64,000 bases of DNA from an uncultured Trueperaceae bacterium (lineage in GTDB: Bacteria; Deinococcota; Deinococci; Deinococcales; Trueperaceae): NCBI GenBank assembly GCA_963815215.1, contig CAWFFU010000003.1:64001-128000 (forward strand), written 5' to 3'. Each line of letters starts with the position of its first letter. Position 1 is the stretch's first letter. A program made the translations under genes and the position numbers. Below are positions 60,924 to 64,000 of the stretch, one piece after another. The notes beneath the pieces were generated by a model. That model was not told where the DNA came from. It searched no databases and saw only the letters and a program-made list of their open reading frames with translations.

Positions 60924-62453
60924 ATGTACAAGCACATCCTTCGGAACGTCCGCCTGACCCGTCTGCGCTTGGGGCTGGTCGCCCTGCTGGGCCTGCTCGT
61001 GGTGGGGGGCGCGATGGCGCAGTCGGTCCCCGCAGGCACCCTGCGGGTGGGGATGGAATCCCCCTCCAAGCTCGACCCCGCCTACGCCTCGAGCGACGCT
61101 GAGGTGGCGGTCCTCAACGCCGTCTACGACTACCTGGTCGATGTCGACGCGGACAACAACATCCAACCGCGGCTGGCGAGCTCCTGGAAGGTCTCTCAGG
61201 ACGGGCTGACCTACACCTTCCAGCTCGCTCCGAACGCCACCTGGCACGACGGCAGCCCGGTCACGGCACAGGACGTGGTCTTCACCTTCGATCGCCTCCG
61301 CAACCCGGACCTCAAGCTGCCGACGTCCGACCTGTACTCCGACATCGACACCATCAAGGCCACCGGCACCCACGAGGTCACCTTCACCCTCAAGCAGACC
61401 AATCCCTTCTTCCTGTACGACCTCAGCGACAACCATGCCGTCATCGTCAAGAAGGGAACCACCAGCTTCGGCTCGACCTTCGACGGCAGCGGCCCCTTCG
61501 TCGTGCAGAGCTACCACCCCGACGACCGCATGGTGCTCAAGGCCAACCCGAACTACTTCATGGCCGGCAAACCCGGGGTCGGCACGCTGCAACTCATCTT
61601 CTTCAGTGACCAGGCAGCTGAGGTCTCGGCGCTCCGGGGCGGGCAGATCGACCTCGCGATGCGGCTCCCGAGCTCGCTCTACGAGTCCCTCAAGGGCGTG
61701 AACGGGGTCACCCGGGTCGACGTGCCCACCAACGGCTTCAACGTCGTGCGGCTCCGCAGCGACCACAAGCCGGGCAGCGACCCCCGGGTCGTCCAGGCCT
61801 TGAAGCTGGCGGTCGATCGCAAGGCCATCACCGAAGCCGTGACCCAGGGGCTGGGCGTCGTCGGCAACGACAGCCCCATCGGCCCGCTGTACAAGGAGTA
61901 CTTCGACGCCGGCGCCACGCCGCCCGCCGCCGATCCCGCCAAGGCCAAGGAGCTGCTCAAGGAAGCCGGCTACGCAGGCGGCCTCAAGCTCGACCTCTAC
62001 ACCCCCAACACCGGCGATAGGCCCGACCTGGCCGTCGTGCTGAAGCAGCAGCTCGCCAAGGCCGGGTTCGACATCAACGTCGTGGTCGAGCCCGAGAGCG
62101 TCTATTACGGCGACAACAAGTGGCTGCAGGTCGACTTCGGCATCACCGGCTGGGGCTCGCGCCCCTACCCGCAGTTCTACCTGAACGTGATGCTCGAGTG
62201 CGGGGCCAAGTGGAACGAGAGCCACTACTGCAATCAGGAGTTCGACAAGCTGGCCAAAGAGGCCGGCAACACCCTGGACGCCCAGAAGCGCATCGATGAT
62301 TACCACAAGATCCAGCAGTTGCTGGCGAGCAGCGGTCCGATCGTGATCCCGTACTTCTTCCCGCAGCTCGGCGCCATCCGCGATGGCTTCACCGGTTTCC
62401 AGATGAAGGCGTTCGCCGGTCGCACCGACCTGGCGGCCGTCCACGCCAACTAG
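60924..62453 (+). CDS. Peptide/nickel ABC transporter substrate-binding protein (family 5)
   Basis: GGAGG RBS; signal peptide; LDP, YDYLV, PRLASSW..SQDGLTYTF.L, WHDGSPVTAQDVVFTF, GSGPF. Confidence 0.93.
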   Translation: MYKHILRNVRLTRLRLGLVALLGLLVVGGAMAQSVPAGTLRVGMESPSKLDPAYASSDAEVAVLNAVYDYLVDVDADNNIQPRLASSWKVSQDGLTYTFQLAPNATWHDGSPVTAQDVVFTFDRLRNPDLKLPTSDLYSDIDTIKATGTHEVTFTLKQTNPFFLYDLSDNHAVIVKKGTTSFGSTFDGSGPFVVQSYHPDDRMVLKANPNYFMAGKPGVGTLQLIFFSDQAAEVSALRGGQIDLAMRLPSSLYESLKGVNGVTRVDVPTNGFNVVRLRSDHKPGSDPRVVQALKLAVDRKAITEAVTQGLGVVGNDSPIGPLYKEYFDAGATPPAADPAKAKELLKEAGYAGGLKLDLYTPNTGDRPDLAVVLKQQLAKAGFDINVVVEPESVYYGDNKWLQVDFGITGWGSRPYPQFYLNVMLECGAKWNESHYCNQEFDKLAKEAGNTLDAQKRIDDYHKIQQLLASSGPIVIPYFFPQLGAIRDGFTGFQMKAFAGRTDLAAVHAN

Positions 62454-62462
62454 GTACGTGGT

Positions 62463-62492
62463 TCGTGGGCACGCCGAACGGCGTGCCCACGA
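62463..62492 (+). other. Intercistronic stem-loop after the substrate-binding protein gene
   Basis: TCGTGGGCACGCC-gaac-GGCGTGCCCACGA: 13-bp stem, no U tract. Confidence 0.65.
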
Positions 62493-62524
62493 GCGTCCGA
62501 TGCTCCCCACGATGACCCATTCGC

Positions 62525-63409
62525 ATGCGGGCAGCGGCCATGGCTAGCTCCGTGCGTGCCGCCGTGCGCCGCAGCGGCTGGCTCCGTGGCCTGCTCGAGC
62601 TCTACGGCAGGCCGTCGTCCGCTCTCGGGACCAGCCTGGTAGCGGTCTTCCTGGTCCTGGCTGCGCTCGGACCGCTGGCGACGCCCTACGGGGCCACCGA
62701 GCAGGTCTTCACCGACCGCAGCCAACCCCCGTCCATACGGCACCTGTTCGGCACCGATCACCTCGGCCGCGATGTGTTCAGCAGGGTGGTGGCCGGCGAC
62801 CGCGACATCTTCCTGCTCGCCGGCAGCGGCACGCTCGTCGCGGTGGTGGTGGGCACACTGGTCGGACTTCTGGCCAGCTACCGGGGGGGCTGGGCGGAGG
62901 AGGTCACCTACCGCTTCTTCGACAGCCTGCTGGCGGTGCCGGCGCTGTTGTTGGCCCTGCTGCTGCTGGGGTCCCTGGGCCCGTCGCGCAGCAGCGTGCT
63001 GGCCGTCATCGCCGTCGCCTACACGCCTATCGTGGCGCGGGTGGTGCGGAGTGTGGTGCTCGATACCAGGACCAAGGAGTACGTGCTCGCCGCTCGCATG
63101 CAGGGGGAGAGCACGACCTACATCCTGGGTCGGGAGGTCCTCCCCAGCGTGCTTCCGGCGCTGGCGGTCGAGTCGGCGCTGCGCTTCTCCTACGCCATCT
63201 TCCTGGTCGCCTCGCTGGGTTTCCTGGGCGTTGGGGTGCAGCCCCCCAACCCCGATTGGGGCCTGATGGTCAGCGAGGCGCGTGACTTCGTCTACATCAC
63301 GCCCTGGACGCTGACCTTCCCGGCCCTGGCGATCTCGCTGCTGGTGATCGGCGTCAACCTCCTGGCCGACGGGCTCAAGCGCGTCCTGCAGGTCGGAGCC
63401 GGGCCGTGA
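62525..63409 (+). CDS. Peptide/nickel ABC transporter permease (DppC/OppC-like)
   Basis: HLFGTDHLGRDVFSR, EYVLAARMQG (EAA loop), ASLGFLGVG..PP.PDWG.M, NLLADGL. Confidence 0.92.
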   Translation: MRAAAMASSVRAAVRRSGWLRGLLELYGRPSSALGTSLVAVFLVLAALGPLATPYGATEQVFTDRSQPPSIRHLFGTDHLGRDVFSRVVAGDRDIFLLAGSGTLVAVVVGTLVGLLASYRGGWAEEVTYRFFDSLLAVPALLLALLLLGSLGPSRSSVLAVIAVAYTPIVARVVRSVVLDTRTKEYVLAARMQGESTTYILGREVLPSVLPALAVESALRFSYAIFLVASLGFLGVGVQPPNPDWGLMVSEARDFVYITPWTLTFPALAISLLVIGVNLLADGLKRVLQVGAGP

Positions 63410-64000
63410 ATGCCGCCGCCGACACCCCCCTGGTCGAATTCGATGGCGTCACCGTCGCTTACCGGCGCGGTCGGCACTGGTCGCGCGCCGTACGCGGCGT
63501 CGACCTCCGCATCCGCGCGGGCGTGACCTACGGGCTGGTGGGGGAGAGCGGCAGCGGGAAGAGCACGCTGGCGCTGGCGTTGCTCCAGGTGTTGCCCCCC
63601 AACGGCCGGGTCATCGAGGGGACCATCCGCTATCGCGGTCGCGTGCTGGCCGACCTCACACCCGACGAGCTCAGAGCCTTCTACCGAAGCGTGGCGCTGG
63701 TTCCCCAGGATCCGTTGCCGTCGCTGAACCCGGCCCGGCGGATCGGACGTCAGATCGAGGAGGTGGTCGATCCCACCGGTGGGTCCGGCTCGCGGACGCT
63801 GTCACGCTCTCTGGAGATGCTCCAGGCCGTGGGGATGGCCGACCCCGAGCGGGTTGCCCGCGCCTACCCCCACCAGCTCTCGGGCGGGATGCAGCAGCGC
63901 GTGCTCATCGCCATGGCGCTCGCCGGCGAGCCCGACCTGCTGGTGCTGGACGAGCCCACCACCAATCTCGACGTCACCACCGAAGCCACGATCCTCGACC
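63406..64000 (+). CDS. Peptide/nickel ABC transporter ATPase (DppD/OppD-like), truncated by the window end
   Basis: Not in ORF track. GTGA overlap; GLVGESGSGKST, PQDP..SLNP, YPHQLSGGMQQRV, LDEPTT.LDVT. Confidence 0.92.
   Translation, partial: MNAAADTPLVEFDGVTVAYRRGRHWSRAVRGVDLRIRAGVTYGLVGESGSGKSTLALALLQVLPPNGRVIEGTIRYRGRVLADLTPDELRAFYRSVALVPQDPLPSLNPARRIGRQIEEVVDPTGGSGSRTLSRSLEMLQAVGMADPERVARAYPHQLSGGMQQRVLIAMALAGEPDLLVLDEPTTNLDVTTEATILD

Overview
High-GC (about 70% by eye) bacterial chromosomal segment, most likely Deinococcota (Truepera-like). That placement is inferred from DUF3248/DUF3809/DUF1999-like genes, CdaA-CdaR in a probable diderm, and pervasive TANNNT hexamers just upstream of start codons. 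It holds about 65 densely packed genes, mostly housekeeping: der, fmt, def, cdaR/cdaA, prfB (programmed +1 frameshift), ygfZ-like, methylmalonyl-CoA mutase subunits, a LysM/M23 peptidase, mqnP, truD, rnhB, ricT-like, holB, glgP, pgl, lepB, htrA, mnmE, hemL, truA, moaC, fakA, pyrF, secA, rsmD, a Liv-type ABC transporter, ddl and the start of a peptide/nickel-type ABC transporter. I found no rRNA, tRNA, CRISPR array, integrase, transposase or prophage. The most interesting signals are non-coding: (i) a candidate leaderless 10-aa leader ORF whose stop codon runs into an intrinsic terminator upstream of a zinc-ribbon (DUF164) gene; (ii) a 65-66 bp tandem repeat that re-copies the 3' end of secA; (iii) an AT-rich perfect palindrome at the ddl promoter; (iv) an identical palindrome-containing 13-mer upstream of two neighbouring convergent genes. 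An orphan histidine kinase with a pseudo-receiver domain also stands out. Family names are from motif recognition only; no database search was run.
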